Below are positions 50,132 through 60,453 of a DNA stretch of 64,000 bases, in pieces (position 1 is the stretch's first letter; every line of letters begins with the position of its first letter). This DNA comes from Burkholderiales bacterium (GTDB taxonomy: Bacteria > Pseudomonadota > Gammaproteobacteria > Burkholderiales > Burkholderiaceae_C): the NCBI GenBank assembly GCA_025350145.1, contig JANXYH010000129.1:3573-67572 (forward strand). Direction: 5' to 3'. The notes under the pieces were generated by a model. It did no database searches. It had not been told where the DNA came from and worked only from the letters and a program-made list of their open reading frames with translations. The translations under genes and the position numbers were made by a program.

Positions 50132-50217
50132 CGTAACCGCCCGCCGGCGTTGAGAAAACCGGCTTCGGTGGCGAGACAGCTGCCGGTTCTAGGCTAAAGC
50201 CTTCGACCGTTGCGCGC

Positions 50218-50913
50218 TTACGCCGAAACAGTCGCGGCATCCTCGGCCGCAGCTGGCGCTTCGCTGCGCAGCCGGTTGATCATGATCGCGGCCGCCTGCG
50301 TGATGTGTTGGCGCGCCAGCGCTTCGGCCGATGCGCCGTCGCCCGCCATCACCGCATTGAGCATCGCCTCGTGCTGGTCCCAGAGGTCGCGCGGCAGTTC
50401 GTCGCGCATCAACACCTCACCCATCACGCGCTGGGTGTAGGTCCACTGCGCTTCCATCGTGGGTGCGATCAGCGGGTTCTCCGACAGCCTGTAGACAAGG
50501 TCGTGGAACTTGAGATCGGCGGCGATCATCGCCGCGACCGAGCCGCCGGCGACCGCTTTGCGCCCACTCTGGATCAGCGCCGGGCCCTGCTTCTTCGCCC
50601 GTTCGGCGTTGCGTTCGGCGGCCTTGCGGAACGCCAGGCCTTCCATCACCGCGCGAACCTCGTATATGTTGCCAACTTGGTCCAGGTCGAGCGGCGCGAC
50701 GATCAGCCCCCGCCCCGGCGCGTCACGCAGCACACCCTGGGTGCGCAGCAGCAGCAGCGCCTGCTGCACCGGCTGGCGCGACACGCCCAGCAGCTGCGCG
50801 ATCTGCTCCTGGATGATGCGTTCGCCGGGCCTGAGCTTGCCGGCCGAGATCTCCGAGACGATGGCTTCGTGGACCTGCTCCACGAGCTTGGGCTGGGTGG
50901 CGATCACTCTCAT
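50218..50913 (-). CDS. GntR-family (FadR/FCD subfamily) transcriptional regulator
   Basis: 231 aa. It has a winged HTH (GERIIQEQIAQLLGVSRQPVQQAL..L...G) and an FCD-like helical C-domain. Confidence 0.9.
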   Translation of the reverse strand: MRVIATQPKLVEQVHEAIVSEISAGKLRPGERIIQEQIAQLLGVSRQPVQQALLLLRTQGVLRDAPGRGLIVAPLDLDQVGNIYEVRAVMEGLAFRKAAERNAERAKKQGPALIQSGRKAVAGGSVAAMIAADLKFHDLVYRLSENPLIAPTMEAQWTYTQRVMGEVLMRDELPRDLWDQHEAMLNAVMAGDGASAEALARQHITQAAAIMINRLRSEAPAAAEDAATVSA

Positions 50914-50935
50914 GCGTCGAGTATAGGTTGCAGCC

Positions 50936-50944
50936 GAATTCAGA
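50936..50944. promoter_or_regulatory. TCTGAATTC motif copy (reverse orientation) upstream of the GntR gene
   Basis: gaattcaga lies within ccgaattcagaatcc, in the 42-nt gap between the kinase-like gene and the GntR gene. Confidence 0.45.
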
Positions 50945-50955
50945 ATCCAGTCGCT

Positions 50956-51981
50956 TCAATGTGCGAGCACGGACCCCGTCACCTGGCGCCAACCGGCCTC
51001 GGCCATCGGGCGCGCCAGCCGGCCGGTCTGTTCTGCCTCGGCGCTGGCGGCGCTGCCGTGCAGCGCGCGATGCAGGATGCCTTGCAGGATCGCCGTCATG
51101 CGGAACATGTTGAAGGCCATGTAGTAGTCCCAGTCGGGCAGCGACTCGCGCCCGCTGCGCTTGCAGTAGGCCTGCACGTAGGCGTCTTCGCGCGGGATGC
51201 CCAGCGCCGCCAGGTCGTGCCCCTTGAGGCCGCGAAATTCCGCTGGCGTCACACGCCAGGTCAAGCAGTGGTAGGCGAAGTCGGCCAGCGGGTGGCCCAG
51301 CGTCGACAGCTCCCAGTCCAGCACCGCCAGCACATGCGGCTCTTGCGGATGGAAGATCAGGTTGTCGATCCTGAAATCGCCGTGCACGAGCGCGCTCTCG
51401 TCGTCTTCGGGCAAGTGCGCCGGCAGCCACTCGATCAGTCGCTCCATCGCTGCGATGGGCTCCGTCTGGCTGGCGCGGTACTGCTTGGTCCAGCGCTCGA
51501 TCTGGCGCTTCAGGTACTGGCCCGGTCGGCCAAAAGCCGACAGCCCGGCGGCGTGATGATCGACGCCATGCAGCGCCGCGATGACGCGGTTCATCTCGTC
51601 GTAGATCGCGCCACGCTGTTCGTGCGTCATGCCGGGCAGCGATGGGTCCACGAAGTTGCGACCGTCGACATGCTCCATCACGTAGAAGGCGCTGCCGATG
51701 ACAGCGGCGTCTTCGCACAGCAGATACACACGCGGCACCGGCACCGCGCTGTGGGCCAGCGCGGCCATCACGCGGTATTCGCGGTCGACGGCGTGTGCGG
51801 ACGGCAGCAGCACACCCGGCGGCTTGCGCCTGAGCACCCGACGCTGGCCACCGGCCTGCAGCAGATAGGTCGGGTTCGACTGGCCGCCGCTGAACTGCTG
51901 GACGGTGAGTTCCCCGCTGAATCCGGGCAGGTGTTGGCGCAGGTGGGCGGCCAGCGAATCGAGCGCGAACGGATGCCTCAT
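50956..51981 (-). CDS. APH-like phosphotransferase (LvaA / ACAD10-11 kinase-domain-like)
   Basis: 341 aa from ATG 51981. It has the Brenner motif HGDFRIDNLIF and DWELS, plus a GQSNPTY N-lobe. Its ATG overlaps the phaC stop. Confidence 0.85.
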   Translation of the reverse strand: MRHPFALDSLAAHLRQHLPGFSGELTVQQFSGGQSNPTYLLQAGGQRRVLRRKPPGVLLPSAHAVDREYRVMAALAHSAVPVPRVYLLCEDAAVIGSAFYVMEHVDGRNFVDPSLPGMTHEQRGAIYDEMNRVIAALHGVDHHAAGLSAFGRPGQYLKRQIERWTKQYRASQTEPIAAMERLIEWLPAHLPEDDESALVHGDFRIDNLIFHPQEPHVLAVLDWELSTLGHPLADFAYHCLTWRVTPAEFRGLKGHDLAALGIPREDAYVQAYCKRSGRESLPDWDYYMAFNMFRMTAILQGILHRALHGSAASAEAEQTGRLARPMAEAGWRQVTGSVLAH

Positions 51982-53120
51982 CGTGGGGGTCTCTTCCTGG
52001 GTTGGTTGCGGGCTTCCAGCCAGTCGGCGATGCCAGGCGCCAGCACCGCCTGCGCCTTGCCGCCGACAAAGGTGCCGATGTGGCCGCCGGGCACCGACAG
52101 TTCGGCGTAGTCGGTGGTGCCGAAGTGCGCACCCTGGCCGCGCGAGCAGGCGGTCGGGATCACGACATCGCCGTCGGCCGAGACGTTCAGCACCGGCATC
52201 GTCAACTGCCGCAGGTCGACAGTGCGGCCGCCAAGCACGAACGCGTTGCGGACCAGCTTGTTGTCCTGGTACAGATCCTTGAACCACTGGCGCACGAACT
52301 CCCCCGGCGTGTCGGGGCGGTCGCCGATCCAGCGCTCCATGCGCAGGAAGTTCAGCAGCTTGGCGTCGTCGTCCAGTACGTCGACCAGGCCGAGCGTGTA
52401 CTTGGCCAGGTTGCCCACCGGGTTCATCATCAGGAAGCTGTGGCCCACCGACGGCCCCGAGGCATTGCCCATCGAATCGACCAGTGCGTCGATGTCGTCG
52501 CCATCCAGCGCACGCGCCCAACGGTTCATGTAGCCGCCGGCCGCCTCGGGCGCGGCCTTGTCGCCGTGGAAGTCGATGGGCGTGACCGTCAGCACCAGGT
52601 TGCGCACCTTCTCCGGGTGCAGCGCGGCGTGGCACAGGGACAGCACACCGCCCTGGCAGACGCCGATCAGGTTGATGCTGTCCACCGCCTCGCGTTCGCG
52701 AATCACGTCGACGCAACTGTCCAGGTAGCCGTTGACGTAGTCGTCGATCGTCAGCCACCGGTGGCGGCGCTGCGGCTCACCCCAATCGACCATGTAGACG
52801 TGCAGCCCGCGCGCCAGCAGCTTGCGCACGAAGGAGCGCTCGGCTTCGAGGTCGATCATCTGGTAGCGGCCGACCAGCGCGTAGGCGATGAGCACGATGG
52901 TCGGCGGCCCGGCCGGCTGCGTTGCCTGCGGCGCGGGGCGGTAGTGGTACAGGCGCACCATGTCTTCGCGCCAGACCTCGTCCTTGGGTGCGGTGGCGAT
53001 GGCCAGTTCGCTGTCGCTGAAGCGGGCGATGCGCTGCGCGCCGTTGGCGATCTTCTGCTGTGCCTCGCTCAGCTCGCGCAACAGTGTCAGCGGCTGGATG
53101 TCGATGGGCCTGCGGTTCAT
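51978..53120 (-). CDS. phaC: class III poly(R)-hydroxyalkanoate synthase catalytic subunit PhaC
   Basis: 380 aa from ATG 53120. It has the lipase-box-like GVCQGG with the catalytic Cys. VDWGEP, TIDDYVNGYLDSCVD, HPEKVRNLV, FLRMERWIGDRPDTPGEFVRQWFKDLYQDN and GGHIGTFVGGKAQ match the class III pattern I recall from Allochromatium PhaC. Confidence 0.88.
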   Translation of the reverse strand: MNRRPIDIQPLTLLRELSEAQQKIANGAQRIARFSDSELAIATAPKDEVWREDMVRLYHYRPAPQATQPAGPPTIVLIAYALVGRYQMIDLEAERSFVRKLLARGLHVYMVDWGEPQRRHRWLTIDDYVNGYLDSCVDVIREREAVDSINLIGVCQGGVLSLCHAALHPEKVRNLVLTVTPIDFHGDKAAPEAAGGYMNRWARALDGDDIDALVDSMGNASGPSVGHSFLMMNPVGNLAKYTLGLVDVLDDDAKLLNFLRMERWIGDRPDTPGEFVRQWFKDLYQDNKLVRNAFVLGGRTVDLRQLTMPVLNVSADGDVVIPTACSRGQGAHFGTTDYAELSVPGGHIGTFVGGKAQAVLAPGIADWLEARNQPRKRPPR

Positions 53121-53650
53121 GGTCGGCTCCCGGCCGTGCGCGCATGCGCCGCCCGCTTCAGCTCGCGCACCTCGCGCTTGAGCTGCTGGATTTCGCGGAA
53201 GGTCTCGTCGACCTCGACCCGCGTCGGTTGGCCGAGCGCCTCTGCACTCAGCGTCGACAGCTTCTGCCAGCCGCTGCGCCGATGCGACGTGGCGCGCACG
53301 CTGGCGGCGGTGGCAGCCAGGCCGGGCTCGGAGAGCATCGCCGCGTGCATCGCGCCATCGAACTCGCCCAGGCCCATGCGCAGCAAGGCCGTCGGCGAGT
53401 TGATCGTCTGGCCGTCGCCGCGCAAACGGTCCAGGCGCTGCGTGAGGCGGTTCATGCCGTCGACGGCGCCAGCCGCGACGACGCCTGCGACCTGCGCGTT
53501 GGCGATCACCTCGCCGAGCTGCGCGGTCGCGAGTTCGCACCAGGTCTGCAAGGCATCGCGCGCCGGGCGCAGGCCAAAGGCATCGGCCAGCGGGCCGTAG
53601 ACGCGCTCGGCCGCGGCGATCCACGGGAAGTCATAGGCGATCGAAGTCAT
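53117..53650 (-). CDS. small coiled-coil protein in the PhaE/PhaR position (possible synthase partner subunit)
   Basis: 177 aa from ATG 53650. It is translationally coupled on both sides. The C-terminus VDETFREIQQLKREVRELKR resembles the PhaE C-terminal heptads, but it is much shorter than canonical PhaE. Confidence 0.5.
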   Translation of the reverse strand: MTSIAYDFPWIAAAERVYGPLADAFGLRPARDALQTWCELATAQLGEVIANAQVAGVVAAGAVDGMNRLTQRLDRLRGDGQTINSPTALLRMGLGEFDGAMHAAMLSEPGLAATAASVRATSHRRSGWQKLSTLSAEALGQPTRVEVDETFREIQQLKREVRELKRAAHARTAGSRP

Positions 53651-54419
53651 AGCGTGCTCACCAGGTGGCCACCGTCGGCCGCGATGACGCTGCCGGTGAT
53701 GTAGGCGCCGGCGTCCGACGCCAGCAACAGCAACGCGCCATCCAGATCGGCAGCGCGGCCGAAGCGGCGCTGCGGAATGCGCGCCATCAGCCGCTGCCCG
53801 GCGTCCGAGGCCAGGAAGTCGTGGTTCAACTCGGTCTCCACATAACCCGGCGCGAGCGCGTTGACGCGGATGCCATGGCGCGCGAGTTCGAGCGCCATGG
53901 CGCGCGTGAGATGGATCAGCCCGGCCTTGGACGCGCAATACGGCGCCACGCCGCCGGCCACACGTTCGCCGGTGATCGACGCGATGTTGACGATGGCGCC
54001 CGGGCGCTGCGCAGCGACCAGGCGGCGCGCGCCTTCCTGCGCCACCAGCCAGGCGCCCTTGAGGTTGGTGTCGAGGACGTCGTCCCAGTCGGCCTCGCTT
54101 TGTTCGAACAGTGGCCGCGAGACGGCCACGCCGGCGTTGTTGACGATCAGGTCGGCCGGGCCCTGCTTGGCTTCGATCGCGTCGAACGCAGCACGCACGC
54201 TCGCCGCGTCGGTGACATCCATTGCGACCGCGAAGGCGCGGCCGCCGACGGCTTCGATCTCGGCCACGGTGGCGGCCAGTTTGTCGGCGCGGCGCGCGGC
54301 AACGACCACCGTCGCGCCGGCACCTGCCAGCGTCAGCGCGAAGTGGCGGCCGAGGCCACTGGAGGCGCCGGTCACCAGCGCTGTGCGGCCGCCCAGGCCA
54401 AAGGCCGGTGGCAAGGTGT

Positions 54420-54423
<4 letters not shown>
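53647..54423 (-). CDS. short-chain dehydrogenase/reductase (LvaD-like position)
   Basis: 258 aa from GTG 54423. Motifs TGASSGLG, NNAG and YCASKAG. Confidence 0.9.
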
Positions 54424-55603
<1,180 letters not shown>

Positions 55604-55604
<1 letters not shown>

Positions 55605-57349
55605 CAGCTTTCGCGCCCACCGTCGCGCCACTTGCGCTCGGCGTCGTCCCACGCGCCGAGTGCCTGCAGATCGGGCACCCAGGCCAGGCCCGACTTCGCA
55701 TCCGAGGAGGCCGCTTCGGGCGTCACCAGCACGTCCAGCAGCGCCGGGCCACCGCTGGCGATCACCGCGAGCGCACGGTCGATCGCCGCCGCCAGATCCT
55801 CGGCGCGCTCGACACGTTCGCCGTGCAGGCCGAAAGCGCGCGCCATCGCGGCATGGTCGGCGAACTGCAGCCGTGTGCCGACGACCTTGCCGTGGGTTTC
55901 CTGCTGGTCGCGCACCTCGATCGCCCAGCTGCCGTTGTTGGCCACGACGATCAGCACCGGCGCCTTGTGGCGCGCCGCAGTGTCGATCTCCATCGCGTTG
56001 AAGCCGAATGAGCCGTCGCCGGTGAGGACGGCCACGGTGCGGCCCGGCAGCGCCAAGCTGGCCGCGATACCGAAAGGCGTGCCAATACCGATGCAGCCCA
56101 GCGAGCCCGGGTCCAGGTAGGTGGTGGCCGGCAGACCGACGCGCGCGAAGCTCAGAAAGTCGCCACCGTCAGCGACGATCACTGCGTCGCGCGGCAGCTT
56201 CTCGCGCAGCGCGGCGAGCAGCTTGTTCGGATGCATCAGGCCGTCGCTGCCGGGCTGCGCCGCGTTCATCGACGCCAGCAGCTTGCCGGCGCGTTCCAGG
56301 TGCTTGGCACGCACGCCGCGCGCCCACTCGGTGTCGGTGGCGGGCGCACGGTCGGCGGCGGCCGCGAGGATGGCTTCGAGCGTTTCGCCGACCGTCGCCA
56401 GGATCTCGACAGCGCCGCGCCGGTTGTCGCGCAGCTCGGACGCGCAGTCCGCGATGCGCAACAGCTTGGCGTCACCGAACACCGCCGGCGAGCCGTAAGC
56501 GAGCTGGAAGTCGAGCCGGCGGCCGACGGTGATCACGAGGTCGGCCTGACTCATCACCGAGCCGCGCATCGCGGCGACGACAGACGGATGTTCATCGGGC
56601 ACCAGACCGCGGCTCTCGCCGGTGTCGAGGTAGAGCGCACCGAGCTGATCGAGCAGTTTGTTCAGAGGGGCCGCAGCACCCCGCGCGCCGCGGCCGGAGA
56701 TGAACAGCGGGCGCTTCGCAGACCAGAGCAAGTCGACGGCGGCCTTCACGGCGTCGCGGTCGGGCAGCAGACGTGCGGGCGGCCTGGCCATCAGTTGCTC
56801 GGACAGCTGCAGCGCGCGCGGCACCTCGGCGCGCAGCGTGTCGACCGGGAAGTCCAGGTACACCGGCCCCGGCTCGCCGCCCTGGCCGAAGGCGCGCGAC
56901 ACCGCTTCGTCCAACTCCTGCAGCACGAGCGAAGGCTCGCGCACCGTGCGTGCGTAGCGCGTCAGCGAGCGCACGAAGTCGGTATGCACCATGTCCTGCA
57001 AGGCGCCTCGGTTTTCCTGCGCCCGCGGCGGCGTGCCCGAGAGCACCAGCACCGGCGCCCGTGACACGTGCGCGTTGGCGATGCCGGTCATGGCGTTGGT
57101 GACGCCGGGGCCGGCAGTCACCATCGCGACGCCGAGCCCACCGGTCAGTTCGGCATGCGCATGCGCCATGTAGACCGCAGCGCGTTCGTCGCGCACGTCG
57201 ACGATGCGGATGCCCTCGGCGTCCAGGCGCATCCACATCGGCATGATGTGGCCGCCGCAGAGCGCGAACACGCGGTCGACGCCACGCGCCTTGAGGAAGC
57301 GCGCGATCAGTGCGGCGGCGGAGTTCTCGGTGATGGTCGGATTGGTCAT
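55604..57349 (-). CDS. thiamine-diphosphate enzyme (acetolactate synthase / 2-hydroxyacyl-CoA lyase-oxalyl-CoA decarboxylase-like)
   Basis: 581 aa from ATG 57349. It has the ThDP N-domain (GGHIMPMW, GPGVTN) and the ThDP-binding motif GDGSFGFN...NNG. Confidence 0.9.
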
Positions 57350-57357
57350 GATGAGTC

Positions 57358-59238
57358 TCACAGGAAGCCGGTGGAAATCCAGGGTACGGCGGCGACGACC
57401 GCCAGCCCGACGAGCAGTGCGACCACGTAGCCGACGATGGGCTTCATGCCCTCCGACGGGTCGACACGGCCCACTGCACAAGCAGCGTAGTAACCCACGC
57501 CGAAGGGCGGCGCGAACAGGCCCACGCCCATGGCGAGCACGACGACCATCGCGTAGTGCACCTCGTGCACGCCGATCTGGCGCGCGATGGGGAACAGCAA
57601 CGGCCCGAACAGCACGATGGCCGGGATGCCTTCGAGCACGCTGCCCAGGATCACGAAGGCGATGATGGACACTGCGAGAAAGCCGAACTTGCCGCCCGGC
57701 AGCGCGGCCATCGCGGCGGCCAGCGTGTTCGAGAAGCCCGACTGCGTCAGCGCCCAGGCCATGCCGGTGGCGGTGCCGATGATGAACAGGATGGCGCCCG
57801 TCAGTGCCGCGGTTTCGACCAGCATCGGCACCATCCGTCGCCACTGCATCTGGCGGTAGAAGACAACGCCGCAGATCAGCGCGTAGGCGATGCCCAGCGT
57901 CGACACCTCGGTGGCGGTAGCCACGCCTTCGACGACCGCGGCGCGGATCACGAAAGGCAGCAGCACGGCCGGCAGCGCAACGGCGAGAGCGCGGACGATC
58001 TGCGCGCCGGTCGCCTTGCGCACCTGCGACAGGTCTTCCTCGCGGTAGCGGAACCACACCACCACGCACAGCGTCGCGGCCAGCACCAGGCCAGGCAGCA
58101 TGCCGCCGGTGAACAGCGCCGCGATCGAGACGCCGGTCACCGAGCCGATGGTGATGAGCACCAGGCTGGGCGGAATGGTTTCGGTCTGCGCGCCGGCGGT
58201 GGCCAGCAGCGCGACCAGGTCACCGTCCTTCGCGCCACGCTTGCGCATCTCTGGGAACAGCACGGGCGCGACCGCGGCCATGTCGGCGACCTTTGAGCCC
58301 GAGATGCCCGAGACGAGGTACATCGCACCCAGCAGCACATACGACAGGCCACCGCGCACATGGCCGAGCAGGCTGGCCAGGAAGGCGACCATCGCACGCG
58401 CCATGCCGGTCATCTCGATCAAGAGACCGAGGAAGACGAACAGCGGCACGGCCAGCAGGATGATGTGCGACATGCCCTCGTCCATGCGCCCGACCATCAC
58501 CGTGATGGGCAGCGAGGTCGTCAGCGCCAGGAAGCCGAAGGTCGCCAGGCCGAAGGCCACCGCGATGGGCACGCCGATCAGCACCAGCGTCGCGGTCAGG
58601 CCGACGAAGAAGATCAACAGGTTGGTATTGCCCAGGCCTTTGAAGACAGGGCCGAGCGCATAAAAGGCGACGCTGACGAGTGCGACGCTGCCGAGTGCGC
58701 TCGCGACCCGCCGCCAGTCGCCCACCTTCAGCAGGCGGATCACGGCCATCACCGCCATCAGGACCAGGCCCGCCGGCAGCGCCGAAGCGCGCCAGGCGTT
58801 GGAGATCTCGAGCGACGGTGACGTGACGATGGCCTCGTCGGCGGCAAACTCGTACGCCGGCCAGACGATCAGCAACAGGAAGGCCAGTGCGGCCGCGATG
58901 GCCACCGTGTCGAGCCAGGCGCGCAGTCCCGGCGAGGCCTTCGAGACCAGCGCCGTCATGCGCATGTGCTCGCCTCGGCGCAGCGCGACCACGGCGCCCA
59001 GGCTGGCCAGCCACAGGAACAGCAGCGACGCCGCTTCGTCGGTCCACACCAGCGGCGTGTGCAGGAAGTAGCGCGCGATCACGCCGGCCAGCAGGATGCC
59101 GATCTCGGCGGCAATCAGCACCGCAGCGATCATCTCCACGCCGGTGCCGAGCAGCGTCTCCAGCTTCCTGGCAACACGCGTGCTGCGGCGCGTGTCGTCG
59201 GCCGACGCATCCGCCGGCGGGGTGATCGACAGTTCCAT
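57358..59238 (-). CDS. TRAP transporter fused small/large permease (DctQ-DctM)
   Basis: 626 aa. An N-terminal DctQ-like 4-TM region is followed by a DctM-like polytopic domain. Confidence 0.9.
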   Translation of the reverse strand: MELSITPPADASADDTRRSTRVARKLETLLGTGVEMIAAVLIAAEIGILLAGVIARYFLHTPLVWTDEAASLLFLWLASLGAVVALRRGEHMRMTALVSKASPGLRAWLDTVAIAAALAFLLLIVWPAYEFAADEAIVTSPSLEISNAWRASALPAGLVLMAVMAVIRLLKVGDWRRVASALGSVALVSVAFYALGPVFKGLGNTNLLIFFVGLTATLVLIGVPIAVAFGLATFGFLALTTSLPITVMVGRMDEGMSHIILLAVPLFVFLGLLIEMTGMARAMVAFLASLLGHVRGGLSYVLLGAMYLVSGISGSKVADMAAVAPVLFPEMRKRGAKDGDLVALLATAGAQTETIPPSLVLITIGSVTGVSIAALFTGGMLPGLVLAATLCVVVWFRYREEDLSQVRKATGAQIVRALAVALPAVLLPFVIRAAVVEGVATATEVSTLGIAYALICGVVFYRQMQWRRMVPMLVETAALTGAILFIIGTATGMAWALTQSGFSNTLAAAMAALPGGKFGFLAVSIIAFVILGSVLEGIPAIVLFGPLLFPIARQIGVHEVHYAMVVVLAMGVGLFAPPFGVGYYAACAVGRVDPSEGMKPIVGYVVALLVGLAVVAAVPWISTGFL

Positions 59239-59248
59239 GGTGGCCTCG

Positions 59249-60283
59249 TCAGGCGACGTCGGCGTATTGCGTCAGCAGGCCCCAGGCGTCCTTGTCGAAG
59301 CGCTCCTTGGCCTGCGCGTAGAAGCCGGCGTTGCGCAGCGCCTGGCGGAACGGCGCGGTGTCGACCTTGTTGAACTTCAGGCCCTTGCCTTCCAGCGCCT
59401 TCTGCAGGTCGAGATTGGCGAGTGCGATGTCGTCACGCTGCTTCTTCGCCGCCGCGTTGACGTGCTTGGCGATTACTTGTTGCACGTCGGCCGGCACGCC
59501 CTTCCAGACCTTGCCGCTGGCGATGAACCAGAAGCCGTCCCAGGCGTGGTTGGTCAGCGAGCAGAACTTCTGCACCTCGAAGAACTTGGCGGTGTCGATC
59601 AGCGCCAGCGGGTTCTCCTGGCCGTCGGCGACCTTGGTCTGCAGCGCCTGGTAGGCCTCGGACAGCGGCAGGCTCACCGGCGCCGCGCCGAGGGCCTTGA
59701 ACATCGAGACCCACAGCGGCACCACCGGCACGCGGATCTTGAAGTTCTTCAGGTCGTCGGGCGTGACGATGGGTTTGGTGCTGGTCGTGATCTGGCGGAA
59801 GCCGTTGTCCCAAACGGTCTCCAACGGCACCAGGCCGACCTTCTCGATCTGGCCGCGTACGTGCTTGCCGATCGCGCCGTCCATCGCGGCCCAGACCTTG
59901 TCGTAGCTGGGGAAAGCGAAGCCGACGCCGGTGATCGAGGTCACCGGCACCAGCGTGGACATCACCGTGCCGGGGAAGGTGGCGAGCTCGAGTGCGCCCG
60001 AGCGGATCTGCGACAGCATGTCGGAGTCGCTGCCGAGCTGGTTGTTCGGGAACAGCTGGATGGCCACCTTGCCCTTGGTCTCGGCAGCGATGGCGTCAAT
60101 CGCTTCCTTCAGCCGGAGGTTCACCGAGTGTGTCACCGGCAGGTCGGTGCCGAGCTTGAACTTGAAGTCGGGCGTGCCCTGGGCGTGGGCAAACTGGGTC
60201 GCGAAGCCGGTCGCGAGCGCCGTGCCGGCGAGCGTGCCGGTGCTGGTGCCGAGGAAGTGTCTGCGGGTGATGAGGCTGGTCAT
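59249..60283 (-). CDS. TRAP transporter substrate-binding protein (DctP family) with Tat-type signal
   Basis: 344 aa from ATG 60283 with AGGAGA upstream. The N-terminus is MTSLITRRHFLGTSTG. Confidence 0.9.
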   Translation of the reverse strand: MTSLITRRHFLGTSTGTLAGTALATGFATQFAHAQGTPDFKFKLGTDLPVTHSVNLRLKEAIDAIAAETKGKVAIQLFPNNQLGSDSDMLSQIRSGALELATFPGTVMSTLVPVTSITGVGFAFPSYDKVWAAMDGAIGKHVRGQIEKVGLVPLETVWDNGFRQITTSTKPIVTPDDLKNFKIRVPVVPLWVSMFKALGAAPVSLPLSEAYQALQTKVADGQENPLALIDTAKFFEVQKFCSLTNHAWDGFWFIASGKVWKGVPADVQQVIAKHVNAAAKKQRDDIALANLDLQKALEGKGLKFNKVDTAPFRQALRNAGFYAQAKERFDKDAWGLLTQYADVA

Positions 60284-60314
60284 GCTTGTCTCCTGGGTGT
60301 GTCGGTCTTTGATC

Positions 60315-60323
60315 TCTGAATTC
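60315..60323. promoter_or_regulatory. TCTGAATTC motif copy 1 in the divergent promoter
   Basis: Read directly from the sequence. Confidence 0.45.
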
Positions 60324-60346
60324 AAAAAGGCCGAGTGCTATCGTAT

Positions 60347-60362
60347 TCTGAATTCCGAGTTC
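60347..60362. promoter_or_regulatory. TCTGAATTCcGAGTTC motif copy 2
   Basis: Read directly from the sequence. It shares 15/16 nt with copy 3. Confidence 0.5.
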
Positions 60363-60399
60363 GTCAAGCTCGCCCGAATCCGGATTTACCCTAATGGCA

Positions 60400-60416
60400 C
60401 TCTGAATTCAGAGTTC
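60400..60416. promoter_or_regulatory. motif copy 3 including the perfect palindrome CTCTGAATTCAGAG
   Basis: Read directly from the sequence, about 40 nt upstream of the acyl-CoA synthetase ATG. Confidence 0.5.
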
Positions 60417-60453
60417 CATAATGAAAGTCGTTCCGTAATCTTCAGGAGACCCC

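Noticed and set aside
45150-50217. Intact dusA-targeting integrative element or prophage
   Set aside because: No integrase, excisionase or duplicated dusA 5' fragment could be found by eye. Only a TA pair and a decayed transposase are present, so only an 'accessory patch' is claimed.
50305-53704. Plus-strand ORFs 50305..52110, 52002..53600 and 53060..53704, and minus-strand alternative frames 50723..52132 and 51978..53624 (N-terminal part)
   Set aside because: They overlap the GntR, kinase-like, PhaC and PhaE-like genes, which show family motifs and 4-nt coupling. The alternatives are low-complexity.
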